From the IMG/VR virus record IMGVR_UViG_3300017767_000010, positions 1-60,141 of that record: a DNA stretch of 60,141 nucleotides, one strand, 5' to 3'. Made by a program: the position numbers and the translations under genes. Under the pieces are notes generated by a model that was not told where the DNA came from, did no database searches, and saw nothing but the letters and a program-made list of their open reading frames with translations. Source of the DNA: a virus (taxonomy: Duplodnaviria > Caudoviricetes). Below, piece after piece: positions 29,601-39,900 of this stretch (position 1 is its first letter; each line of letters opens with the position of its first letter).

Positions 29601-30765
29601 CTCAAAATTAAGTAAAGTATTTTTAACTGGTGAAGCTATTGCTGAAGGCAAAAATTATAAAGTTAATTCTGTGGGATTTTATTTAAAACCCACTAGTAGC
29701 TTTTCATCTAGTGCTACTGAAGCACAAATATTAACTGAACTTGCAAATGCAAATTCAAGAACAACAATAACTGGTACTGTAGGAGTTTCAAGTGTTGACA
29801 ATTTATTTGAATCATCTAGTATAATATCTAGAGTAGATTACCATGCTTGCGCTTTCGCAACATTTAAAATAAATGGTGGTAATATAACAAATCCAGTATT
29901 AAGTAGTAATTCTATAAAAATTTTAAACAATGCAACTACTGCACCTCAATCTGCTTTACCTAGTGTATCAAGTATTAGATGGACTAAAAGTGGTAAAGGC
30001 GGGTCATTAACAGGTGAGGTAAGTTTAAATACTGCTAGTATAACTGCGGCTGGGTTTTATATAATTGGCAAACAAGGATTCCATGCAGCAAAAGCTGCTG
30101 CTATAGGCTCTTATAATGTAACAACTAGTTTTGCACAACCAGTAGATGGTGCAGCCTTAAAAGCTATTTTTGATTCTCCTCCTTCTGGAGTAGTCGCACA
30201 TAATGTAGCGGTTAGTTCTTCAAATATAACAGATCCTTTTAGGTCTTTTTCTGTACCTTTTACTGAATTTAAATTTGATCACACATATTATGCAGCAGCT
30301 TATGCAACAAATAGTGATGGCACAGCTCTTGCTCCTAGTTGTTTAGCTTTTTATGAAAGTCCTCCTATAACAGGTAGTTTAATTTTGACTACTTCTCAAT
30401 TAATTTATGATAGAAATGGGGCTTTTAAAACAGGAGATGGAAAAACTGGTGCATTTGGGGCTAATACTGTTTTTATAACCTCATCACCTACTGCCGGAGA
30501 GTTTAGAATTAAACAAAAGCCAACAAGATGGAATGTTTCTGGAGATGGAAGACTACCTATTACTACTATACAAAAATTATATGGTACACCATATGCAATA
30601 CATTTTAATATGGTAGGTGCTGTTAATAAAGGTGCAAAAAGACATTGTGAATATATTATAGAACATATAAAAACAAAAGAAACTGCTACAATTAAAATTA
30701 TACAAGAAGGAACAGGTACAGCTATGCCAAAATCTCCATTGTATGATCCGCAAGATGCACCATAA
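26602..30765 (+). CDS. tail muzzle middle piece plus about six FN3-like repeats
   Basis: LNFS..RLITGINVIDGMLFWTD...EP.KINI start; repeated L.G...GFY...YY.AYATNS.G units. Confidence 0.75.
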   Translation: MAGNILNFSTNRLITGINVIDGMLFWTDDETEPHKINIEKFKGNFTGVDVDHTSGTTQIYNRPFELRDVTVLKDHPTESLQTDFTTVPMSDPIDTLVDPDPDDGNGGSGNTVKSISTKKLQVRTFPTRSASVVETKLTGMVSNTKKLIEAGFYWSNTNSTYKTILAGINASPATSFKVVTDTNVITQDVNITVNLDTIIQSTDSTASNQSYNTSLSTGALSWFAFGKEEGFPKEDYGEIQNTQVKAQPSAQGSGSTTDFLATGSYSPYLTGAITLNATYKTDITVSSQGFYISKPYVNSDYGSPTVAEVIAQADKNTDPTKQFPGKYEVRDDFGNSSGSPLPSFSKILRDVQGGYTYFFVGYLIDRNGTQYSDSHTTAATVKTKVITAGAKNKPGLYNLKGVSLSGGAVLKAEIYNTGFTGANISDYGFYFSTTISDPYDLADEFSSGINSNGTPTKTGAAANTFKLSCASTHPLQSNGVGNFALDTTIAVQNLAAGTTIYYVAYATNSAGEALATNHGSYQYSMQSKAAEIAEVQTAKDLDAPIIQISDIAVKSLETRTFKTVNGSEDLTILDNATATTSTTNAYDVKIHFSHSPAALGNPESIVLHQCRPSNNDVDINHYNGFDDIDDLIKAIEEYGDNTGTGLLLDLSGVSGSGLALYPVAGTRLFSNGGSHTFSLNPSDRAGTQLFSFNPDKSTDTTPTQSNFIGEYTTDFKLAVREPSFEDMVGGRGDKKYKTDNKGWDYLYTYHGNSGTNYKSAIYKAHTFIAQVVYANGKEFFSKLQYGGPPTSFSVAANTQGTCGLVAGAPTVKTHDSTGDGFLKSSVTQNAVKLLGMIGANGGAGVGQQVAQTCGFKYSTTKPSTTNVSYFGTGANDDLDTWASSASSALLSSSTSPTTLAQARTHAISDDPDTSDANVNGCYREYAVDVTGLAANTTYYFVAFCSPSQVTPRGGYASVLNLARDDYNATKYGHVKEFTTEGTGSIVDHPPTITVLDSAVDSKLSKVFLTGEAIAEGKNYKVNSVGFYLKPTSSFSSSATEAQILTELANANSRTTITGTVGVSSVDNLFESSSIISRVDYHACAFATFKINGGNITNPVLSSNSIKILNNATTAPQSALPSVSSIRWTKSGKGGSLTGEVSLNTASITAAGFYIIGKQGFHAAKAAAIGSYNVTTSFAQPVDGAALKAIFDSPPSGVVAHNVAVSSSNITDPFRSFSVPFTEFKFDHTYYAAAYATNSDGTALAPSCLAFYESPPITGSLILTTSQLIYDRNGAFKTGDGKTGAFGANTVFITSSPTAGEFRIKQKPTRWNVSGDGRLPITTIQKLYGTPYAIHFNMVGAVNKGAKRHCEYIIEHIKTKETATIKIIQEGTGTAMPKSPLYDPQDAP

Positions 30766-30794
30766 GATACAACTTATAATTTATAAATTTATAA

Positions 30795-33700
30795 ATGTCA
30801 AATAAAAAACCTTTTGAAAAAACATTTCCGTATTTAAGCTATAGATGGAAATACGACGACGGAGAATATTCTCCATTTGCTCCTTTTACGGAAGTGCAAT
30901 TTGCAGCTATTGAAAACCCTAGTGATTCTGAAAGATTAAAAAATGGTTTTAATATATTTATGACTAATAATCTTGAAAGTATTATAATTACTAATATACC
31001 TATTGGTAGAGAAGATGTAGTAGCTGTAGATATATTATATACAGAATCAATAAGTTCAACTATATATGTTTTAAAAACTATTGAAATTGATGTAGAAGAT
31101 AGAGGTAAAACTGCTCTTAGTGATATAATTATAAATAGAAGATCATTTGGTGCGGCTTTACCTGCTAACCAATTAACAAGACATTTTGATAATGTACCTA
31201 GAAAAGCTAAAGCGCAGGAGTTTACGGCAAATAGAATAATATATGGTAATTATTTACAAAAATTTGATCAGGGTAAAAATGATTTAGGTGGTAATGGTTT
31301 AATTATAGAACCTGAAATAGGTTATAAATCAACACCTGTATCAGGCCCTTCTGTAAAAACAAATAGATCTTATGAAATTGCAGTAATGTATATTGATCCT
31401 TTTGGTAGGCAAGGTGGATTATTAACACAAAAAATACCTAATTCTGATTATGGGGGTAGTTCTTTAATAAAAACAGATTATACATATGACTCAAGAATAT
31501 GTTTAAAAGCATGTATTAAATCCGAAGCGCCCTCTTGGGCCAAGTATTATAGATATTTTGTAAAAGATATTTCTAATACCGCATTTAATTTAACAGCATT
31601 TCATTCATATTCTGATGGTGAAGGTGATGAAAATGTAAATTGTTATGTACAATTTGATTCTAAAGATAGAAGTAAAATTACAGAAGATTCTTTTCTTTTA
31701 TTAAAAAGAGAAACACATAGAAAAAATAGTACAGGCGGTATAGTTATGAATAAGGTATCAAGATTGCCTGTGTTAGCTATAGAAAACGAAGCACCTGATA
31801 TTGTTAAAGCACAAATAGTAGAAAGATTTAGTTCATCATTTTTTAGAATAACGGATGGAGTGGCCAATATTGTTTCAGGTTTTGGATCATCTACTGCAAA
31901 CGGCATCTCAAGTACTACACAAGATATTTTTATTAGAACTGCTGATAATACTGATTTTGCAACAATAGGAGGTTTATCTGCATTAAATACTTATTTTACC
32001 GCGCAAGGTATTGCATCTAGTGCTCTTTTTGAATTAGATGATTCAGGAACTGGTACGGCAGAAATTTCTATTGATTGTACAAGTTTTGCAGAAAGATTAG
32101 CTGTAAAATTAGAATCAAAACAAATATCAACAAATAGCGTTATTGGAGAATCTAAAAAAGTATTAGTAGACACTATAATTTTTGGTAAAGGAACTAGTGA
32201 TAAACAAAGAACAACAATAAAAATAGTTACATCAAATCAAATAAATGACGACGATCAAGTTGTTTCTACATTAGGTCTTGGAAGTACTTTAGCTTCTGGT
32301 ATAGCCGGGGGATCTTTTGATTTAGACCCTAACGATACTAATGTTAAGCAATCTGTAATTTTTTATAAAAGAGGTTTAACTGAAGAGGGTGCTAAAAAAT
32401 TAAAAGGATCTTTCTTTGTTAAAATACCAAAAAAATTACCAGATATGGATCCTTTAGATCCAAATAATAGGATATTTAATATTCCTATTGGGCAAACAAC
32501 ATTTGATGACGAAGGTAATATTAAAAATTTACAATTAATAGATTTTGAAACAGAACCCGCGGATGAATCTAATTTAGATATATACTGGGAAGGCTCAGAT
32601 ACATTTTTAATATCTGAGGATGATAATTCTAATGAACATGGAAAAGTAAATCAAATACCATGGAGCAATTGTATTGCAACAGTAGGTGGTTCTACAAATG
32701 AAATATATAGAGAATCTGTAACTATATTAGATAAATTTAACGCAACTACATTAGTTAAAGGAATAAGAGTAAATACACCTGAACCTTTTTATGCAGAAGA
32801 AAGAAGAAAGGCTGGTTTAATATTTTCTGGTTTATATAATTCAAGAACGGGTATAAACTTATTAAATAATTTTTCTGATATAGATGGGATTACTAAAGAA
32901 TTAGAACCTAATTATGGTGGAATACAAAAACTTTATGCGTTAGATACAAATTTATTAACACTTACTGAAGATAAAGTATTTAAAGTGTTAGCGGATAAAG
33001 ATGCATTGTTTAATGCCGACGAGGGTGTAAACGTTACTGCTACTAAACTAGTTTTAGGTCAAGCAATAGCATACCAAGGTAATTATGGTATAAGTACACA
33101 TCCTGAATCGTTTATATATTTTAGAAATAATGTTTATTTTTCAGATGCAAAAAGAGGTAGTATTGTACAATTAACACCTATTAATGGACAAATGTTTCCT
33201 ATTAGTTCTAAGGGCATGTCAAACTTTTTTAGGGATAGGTTAAGAACAGCTACTAATATCATAGGTGCTTACGATGGGCAGAAAAAAATATATGTAGTAT
33301 CATTACAAGGGTATGACCAAACGGACGCTTCTATTGGCTCCGAAAGTATACCAAATGAAACGTCTAACATCACTTTAGCATATAGTTTAAATTCACAAGG
33401 GTGGACAAGTAGATATTCGTTTATTCCTGAAACAGGAGTAAGTATAAATAATAGATTTTATACATTTAAAAACGGCAAAGTTTATTTACATCATTCTAAT
33501 ACTGCTAATAGAAATAATTTTTATGGTGTAGCTGGAAATTCAGAAGTACAAATAATATTTAATGATAATCCTTCTTTTGTTTCAGATTGGCTTGCATTAA
33601 ATTATGAAGGTACAACAGGATGGACGGTATCAGAAATAATAGGTGAACAAGATTCAACTTATAGTATAACCAATGTTAGACTGCTAGATTCGGAAGAATC

Positions 33701-33953
33701 TAATTTTGACGGTTGGTTTTTAAAAGAAGGAAAGTATCACGGGTCAATAGTAGGTACACAACCTGTATATATTGTACAACCAGGTAGTTCTATTGGAGCA
33801 GATGGATTTTTTCCACTAATTCAAGACGGATCAAATACACAAGACATATCCGGTACAAAAGGCTTTTTCTTAAAAGCAAGATTTAAAAATACATCAACTT
33901 CTGTTTGTGAACTTGCAGCAGTTGGAAGTGAATATTATATTAGTCAAACTTAA
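30795..33953 (+). CDS. tail muzzle/stabilization protein, C-terminal piece
   Basis: FPYLSYRWKYDDGEYSPFAPF, NRIIYGNY, YGISTHPESF, GWTSRYSF, LNYEG, KEGKY motifs. Confidence 0.8.
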   Translation: MSNKKPFEKTFPYLSYRWKYDDGEYSPFAPFTEVQFAAIENPSDSERLKNGFNIFMTNNLESIIITNIPIGREDVVAVDILYTESISSTIYVLKTIEIDVEDRGKTALSDIIINRRSFGAALPANQLTRHFDNVPRKAKAQEFTANRIIYGNYLQKFDQGKNDLGGNGLIIEPEIGYKSTPVSGPSVKTNRSYEIAVMYIDPFGRQGGLLTQKIPNSDYGGSSLIKTDYTYDSRICLKACIKSEAPSWAKYYRYFVKDISNTAFNLTAFHSYSDGEGDENVNCYVQFDSKDRSKITEDSFLLLKRETHRKNSTGGIVMNKVSRLPVLAIENEAPDIVKAQIVERFSSSFFRITDGVANIVSGFGSSTANGISSTTQDIFIRTADNTDFATIGGLSALNTYFTAQGIASSALFELDDSGTGTAEISIDCTSFAERLAVKLESKQISTNSVIGESKKVLVDTIIFGKGTSDKQRTTIKIVTSNQINDDDQVVSTLGLGSTLASGIAGGSFDLDPNDTNVKQSVIFYKRGLTEEGAKKLKGSFFVKIPKKLPDMDPLDPNNRIFNIPIGQTTFDDEGNIKNLQLIDFETEPADESNLDIYWEGSDTFLISEDDNSNEHGKVNQIPWSNCIATVGGSTNEIYRESVTILDKFNATTLVKGIRVNTPEPFYAEERRKAGLIFSGLYNSRTGINLLNNFSDIDGITKELEPNYGGIQKLYALDTNLLTLTEDKVFKVLADKDALFNADEGVNVTATKLVLGQAIAYQGNYGISTHPESFIYFRNNVYFSDAKRGSIVQLTPINGQMFPISSKGMSNFFRDRLRTATNIIGAYDGQKKIYVVSLQGYDQTDASIGSESIPNETSNITLAYSLNSQGWTSRYSFIPETGVSINNRFYTFKNGKVYLHHSNTANRNNFYGVAGNSEVQIIFNDNPSFVSDWLALNYEGTTGWTVSEIIGEQDSTYSITNVRLLDSEESNFDGWFLKEGKYHGSIVGTQPVYIVQPGSSIGADGFFPLIQDGSNTQDISGTKGFFLKARFKNTSTSVCELAAVGSEYYISQT

Positions 33954-33964
33954 AAATAATAATA

Positions 33965-34588
33965 ATGGCAATAGGTTTAGGGGCTTTAGTTGGCCCAGCA
34001 ATGCAAATTTTTGGGGCATCACGAGCTAGGGGGGAAATAATGGATAACTTTAGAGGAGCTCAAGCTCAAGTAAGGCAAGATAATCAAAATCTTAGAGGTT
34101 TTGAATTTACAAATCAATTTAGAGATAATCAAAATTTACTTGAAGATGTTACTATTGATAGAACATCATATGATGCTCAAATGCAAGGTATAGATAGAAG
34201 CAGTGCACAAGCTTTAGATGCTTTAGTACAATCAGGTGTTGGAGGAGGAGGTGCAGCCCAAGCTATTTTAGATAGTGTTACAAAAAACCAAGGGTTAGTA
34301 CAAGGAGAAGCTGCTAAAAGACAACAAGCTATAGATTTAGCCGCTGCACAAGCGGGTATGCAGTTACAGTATCAAGATTCTACCGCTGCTGATGATATGC
34401 AACTAAGACAGTTTAGTAAATTACAACAAGATGCAAATAGAAGCAGATACCAACTAGCTGGAGCTGAAGCAGCTGCTCGACAAAATACAGCTGCTTTAAC
34501 TGGTGGAATAGGCAGCGCGTATGAAGCTGTTGGAGGATTAGGTGGTATTGCTAGCGGTATAAAAGGTTTATTTGGGGGCTCTAAATAA
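33965..34588 (+). CDS. putative ejection/internal virion protein
   Basis: 207 aa, A/G/Q-rich with hydrophobic Gly-rich termini; position after tail genes. Confidence 0.65.
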   Translation: MAIGLGALVGPAMQIFGASRARGEIMDNFRGAQAQVRQDNQNLRGFEFTNQFRDNQNLLEDVTIDRTSYDAQMQGIDRSSAQALDALVQSGVGGGGAAQAILDSVTKNQGLVQGEAAKRQQAIDLAAAQAGMQLQYQDSTAADDMQLRQFSKLQQDANRSRYQLAGAEAAARQNTAALTGGIGSAYEAVGGLGGIASGIKGLFGGSK

Positions 34589-34603
34589 TAATATAATATA
34601 AAT

Positions 34604-36904
34604 ATGAAGAATAAAAACACAAGTCCGCTTTTTGCTTTAGGGCAAGGTATAACTAATTATGAAGATTATAAAGCTTTAGCTTTTGTAGGTGCTCCTGTGG
34701 ATTTTACAGGACAAGCTATTGTTCAATTAGGTGCTCTTATATCACAAGAAGACGCAAATAAATTTGCTGAAATTAATGCCGATGATGAAAAAAAAGAACC
34801 TATAAAAGAAGAGGAGGTAAAATTTCCTGATTTTAAACCTGCAGAAATAAAAGTTAACCCCAATATTCCTGGTTCTGCAAAAACATTTGATGGGCTAGGT
34901 GTAGGTTTGCCTTTAAATAATGAAGATAAAAATAAAGTAGGCGGTGGTGTTTTGCCAGATTATAAAACAGCATATAACAATATGTCATCTACAGCTCAGG
35001 CAACATATACAAAACTTGGTAAAGCACAAGGCATATCTGGAATGCAGTTTTATACAAACCAGCAAGAAGGAATGTCTAAAGAACAAAAAGCAGCTAGAGA
35101 AAAAGTAAGGTTATGGGCAAGTAAAAATCTTAATAAAGGAGAAGAGTTTAATGTTAATAATCCTGTACATGTTGCAGCTTGGAAAAAAGATCCTAACTTT
35201 GACCCATTATCACTTATGGGTAAAGGTGAAGAAAATAATCCAGATTTAAATACAGATACAGATCCAGATCCAAATAAAAATAAAGGAAGTAAAAAATTTG
35301 GCACTCTAGACTATTTAGGTTTGAGAGGGATGGTTGATAATGTTGGAAACTTTTTTAATACCCAAAATGATAATAATAACACTTTTACATTAGAAGATGC
35401 ACCTCAAACTACATATACTATAGACTCTTCTAGTAAACGACTTAAGCCAGAAATATTAAAAATAATAAAAAATTCTGTTTATGATAAAAAAGGAGAAAAA
35501 GACACAAGGTTTCAAAGAATAGCACATGTGTTAACAAGCCCTTTTCATAAAACAGACAATGTGTCTTATAAATATTTAAGAAGAGCTGTTATGCCTAAAT
35601 ATGCACAACAAGGTTTAGGATCAGCTGCGGCTGAAGGCTATAATTTAAGAGTTGATGCTATGAATTACAATAGAGCTGTTAAGGCTTCATTTGATTCTGA
35701 TTTAGAAAAAGAAATAGGCAGTTTAGATGTTCCAGCGCCAAGTGATTATTCAACTTCTAATCAAAGAAATGATTTATTACAAATAGGATTAGATTCTAAA
35801 AAACAATTAGCTGACGCGTTCAATTCTTACGCTATTAAAGGAGATATGAGTAAGCTAGAATATGAACAGTTAAAAGATAGATTACAAGCAAGAGTTGGAA
35901 ATATTTCAGCTAGCATTAAGGTATTTAATGGGGCTAGTAAAACCTACATAGAAAATAAAGATAAGATTGATCCCGATGCTAGTGACACTAAAATGATGGA
36001 TTTTTATGAAACATTAGAAAAAGCACCTGAAAGTATAGGTATAAAACAAATAGATGGTGCGGATTATTTTGTAGGTAAAACAATAGGTGGACAAGACTTT
36101 AAGGTTTCTGTTTCACAAGTTGCAAATGGTAATGCTAAATTTCAATTAACTGAAAAAGCAGATGCAGGGAAAATTGCTACTGATGTTTTAAAAGATATGC
36201 TTACTCAAAAATCAGAAGTTAGAACAGCTCAAGGGTTTGGGTTAGCTCAATATACTGATGATTCTACCGAGGATAAAACAAGCTTTATTAGAAATCTTGC
36301 AGAAAATAAACTTGTACAAATGTTTAATACTAATCCAGACACGGCTAGATCTTTAGCAACGCAAGTTTCAAATATGGATTTTAATGCATATCAAAATGCT
36401 ATAGGAAGAGATATAAATGGTGATGGTATTGTGGATAATAGTGAAATAAAAGAAAACGAAAAATTATTATACAAAGATTTAGCATCTGAATTTTACAATC
36501 TTTTTATTAAAGATGTTTATAATCCACAAACATTTACTACTGCAAGAACTACAGGAAGTAAATCAAGCGGTAGGTCTTCGCAAAAAGAAAGAGAAAGAGC
36601 TCAATTTATAGCTAGCTGGAATCAATTCCCTATGCCTAATACAAATAATATTCTTTCTTATAATAAATATTTAAGTAACAATAATCTTAATATAGTAAAA
36701 GATGATAAAGGCAATTATGGTGTTATAAATATAAAAACAGGTAAGTCTGTTCCAGGCAGTAAATTTGATTTTGAAAATAGATCACCTGCACAAATTAAGG
36801 AACAAATACTAGGTTATACAGGTTTTTTAACATTTGATAATAATGTTGCTAGTAACAGATCTAGAGAAGATGTTTTTAATCAATATATAGTATCAAAAAA
36901 ATAA
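34604..36904 (+). CDS. putative ejection/internal virion protein
   Basis: 766 aa; position; DINGDGIVD calcium-loop-like motif. Confidence 0.6.
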   Translation: MKNKNTSPLFALGQGITNYEDYKALAFVGAPVDFTGQAIVQLGALISQEDANKFAEINADDEKKEPIKEEEVKFPDFKPAEIKVNPNIPGSAKTFDGLGVGLPLNNEDKNKVGGGVLPDYKTAYNNMSSTAQATYTKLGKAQGISGMQFYTNQQEGMSKEQKAAREKVRLWASKNLNKGEEFNVNNPVHVAAWKKDPNFDPLSLMGKGEENNPDLNTDTDPDPNKNKGSKKFGTLDYLGLRGMVDNVGNFFNTQNDNNNTFTLEDAPQTTYTIDSSSKRLKPEILKIIKNSVYDKKGEKDTRFQRIAHVLTSPFHKTDNVSYKYLRRAVMPKYAQQGLGSAAAEGYNLRVDAMNYNRAVKASFDSDLEKEIGSLDVPAPSDYSTSNQRNDLLQIGLDSKKQLADAFNSYAIKGDMSKLEYEQLKDRLQARVGNISASIKVFNGASKTYIENKDKIDPDASDTKMMDFYETLEKAPESIGIKQIDGADYFVGKTIGGQDFKVSVSQVANGNAKFQLTEKADAGKIATDVLKDMLTQKSEVRTAQGFGLAQYTDDSTEDKTSFIRNLAENKLVQMFNTNPDTARSLATQVSNMDFNAYQNAIGRDINGDGIVDNSEIKENEKLLYKDLASEFYNLFIKDVYNPQTFTTARTTGSKSSGRSSQKERERAQFIASWNQFPMPNTNNILSYNKYLSNNNLNIVKDDKGNYGVINIKTGKSVPGSKFDFENRSPAQIKEQILGYTGFLTFDNNVASNRSREDVFNQYIVSKK

Positions 36905-36916
36905 TTAAATTAATAC

Positions 36917-39900
36917 ATGGAAGAATTAAATAGTATTATTGATAATATGCTTGCTAATGGCGAATCGCAAGAAACTATGAATATGGTAATTGCAGAATGG
37001 GAAAGAAGAAATCCCGGTAAATTATCATTAAATACAAATGATAAACCTTATACTCATCCAGATGAAGAAAGAGGATTTTTTCAAGCATTAATTTTTGATC
37101 CTTTGGAAAAGGGCTTAGCGCAGGGTGGCTCTACCGATGAAGCATTCGATGTTTTTTATGGTAACAACCTTGCTGGTGATTTTTCTCCTGAAACAATACA
37201 GGCATTTAGAGAGGCTGATAAAGTTGCACAGGAATCTGGTATGACAGAAGAAGGAATAGCATATGAAAAAGCCGTTGACCAAAGAATTAAAAAAGGGGAA
37301 AATCCTATAGCAGCTTATTTTAGAGAATTAACTAGCAATAAAATGGGTGCTGCTCAATATATGTTACAGTCAATGGTTGCAGCTGGAAAAGCTGGCACAG
37401 AAGCCCCTATGGTAGTTGCAGGTACAACTGCAGTAGGTGCAGGAATAGGTTCTGCCGGTGGTCCCATTGGTACTGCTTTTGGAGGAGTTAGAGGCCTTAT
37501 GTCTGGTTCTATGCTTGCTTTAGAAAGTGCTTCAAGAATGACAGAATTAGCTAGGGAGTATTTTGAAGAAAACGGTCTTGATTGGAACAACGACGCTGAC
37601 TGGCAAAAACTTAAAAATGATCCAGAAGCTATACGTGAAATACAATTAAAAGGTACTGGTGCAGGTGTAACTATTGCCGGTGCTGAATATTTTGGCGGTA
37701 AACTAGGAGGTAAAGCTGTTTCAAAAGCTGTAGGATTAGTAGGTAATAAAATTGGTAAAGCAGCTGTTAAAACAGTTGGTTCTATAGGATCTGAAGCTTT
37801 AGTTGGAGGGCTTGGAGAAGCTGGGGCATTATCTGTTATGGGTAGAGATATTACAACTACAGAAAGTTTAAAAGAAATTGGTATGGAATCCGTTATTGGA
37901 ACAATAGGTGCTCCAATTACTGCAGCGGAAGCTACTTTTGAACAAATTAAAAATAAAAATCAATATATTGTTAATGGAGATAAAACCACAAAAGCAAAAG
38001 TAAATAATATAATTGAGAACTCTAAAGATAAAGATTTTGTAGGAGTAAAAGCAAATACTGATGACTCTGCAATAAATGAAAAAATACAGAAAAGAAGAAA
38101 AAAAATAATTAAAGAAAATAAAGAAGCATTAAAAGGTAAAGTTAAGCCTGAAGTAGTTAAAGATGTAGAAAATAGATTAGATAAAGAAATTTCAAAATTA
38201 CAAATAGAGCTACAAAAAGTTAAAGAAACAGATGGTCCTATTGCAGCTAAAGCTTTTGAATTAAAATTAGAAGAATTAAAAGAAAAGAAAAAACAACTTA
38301 ATGAACAATTAAATTTTCAAATAGATCAATTAAGTGAAGAAGAAACTCTTAATTTAATGAATATAAATGATAAAGTATCATTATATCAATCTATTTTAAA
38401 TGATCCTAGTTCTTCAGATTTAGCAAAACAATCTGCACAAGAACAAATAGCTTTAGCTAAAGTAGAACAATTAAACCAAGTAAACAATCCGGATTCTATT
38501 GATATGGCTAAAGAAGATGGTCCTGTTAAACAAAAAAATATTGATTTATCAGAAAAAACTCAAAAAGCTTATGAAAAAAATGGAGTTAATGCATGGGCTG
38601 AAGTTTCTGAATATCAAGCAGGTATTATAAATACTATAGCTAATTCTATGTGGTCTAAAATACCAAAAGAAAAAAGAATAGGCACTATAGATGATTTTAT
38701 ATCTGGTCTTAAAAGTGATAAAGAAGGAATAAGAGGATTACTTAAAACTTATGATTCTACAACAGGTGTTCCTTTAGCTGCTTATATTCAAAACCCTAGA
38801 TCTGGAATAAGAGTAAGAGCTAATAGAATAGTAAAAAACTATGTAAAGCAAGAAATAGAAGCAAACGTGGATAGTGAGCAATTTAAAAATTATTATGCCA
38901 CAGAGGATGCTATAAATTTAGATAGAAGATATTTACATGATAAGCTTGGGCTAAATCCTATATTAGCAGATTTAGAAAGTACAACAGAAATAGCATACCA
39001 AAAAGCTAGAAATGTATTAGAAACAATAGGTAATGTTACGCAGAAAAAACAAAGAAAAGCTTTAACAGACGCATTTAATAAAATACTAAAAGGTAAATAC
39101 GATAAAAAAATAAAAGAATTTACGGGTAAAAATACTAAAACTCAAAAAAAGTTTACTGAATTTTTAAAAAATAATTTACCTGCATTAAAGTTAGCGGTAG
39201 TATCAAATATTAATACTCAAAAGTCTAATGATAAAATTTTAAGTACATGGTCAAAAATACCGCCTTCTGACCAAGATTTTTTAGATTATTATGAGGGTAA
39301 AGATATTATGCCTACTCAACCTGCGAGTACTAAAGGTGATCGTAAAATAGCATTAGTTAATGCTATTATAAAACAGTTGGGTATAGACGCTCGCGCTTCG
39401 TTTAGAGAACAATTTGCTGAAGATTTACCTCAATTCCAACAAATTAATCCAACAAAAGATTTTAATAGTAATTCTTTTATTGAAACACTTTATAAAGTTT
39501 CTATTGCGCTTGCTGAACCTAGTGAAATTATTGGAAAAGAAGCTACAGAAGTACAAGATGCTGAAGTAGAAAAAAATATTAATAAGCTTATTAGAAATAC
39601 AGTTGTTAAAAATTTACAAGAAAATTTTGGAAATGAAAATACAAAAGAATTAGACCCTAATAATGAAAACGATTTATTAGAAATATATGAAGAATGGGTA
39701 AAAAATATTACTAATGGCTTTGTATCTCCTGCCGTATTACAAAAAATGGGACAGTTTGGAGCAAAAGTTGTTTATAAAGGTGCAAATGGTAAATTTTATC
39801 CTAATAAAAAAGCTGCTAAATTAGGTAATGATAAAGCTAAACCTAAAAAGTATTATGAAATGAAAGATGCTGTTGAGGGGTCTGAAGAGTCTAATGGAAA

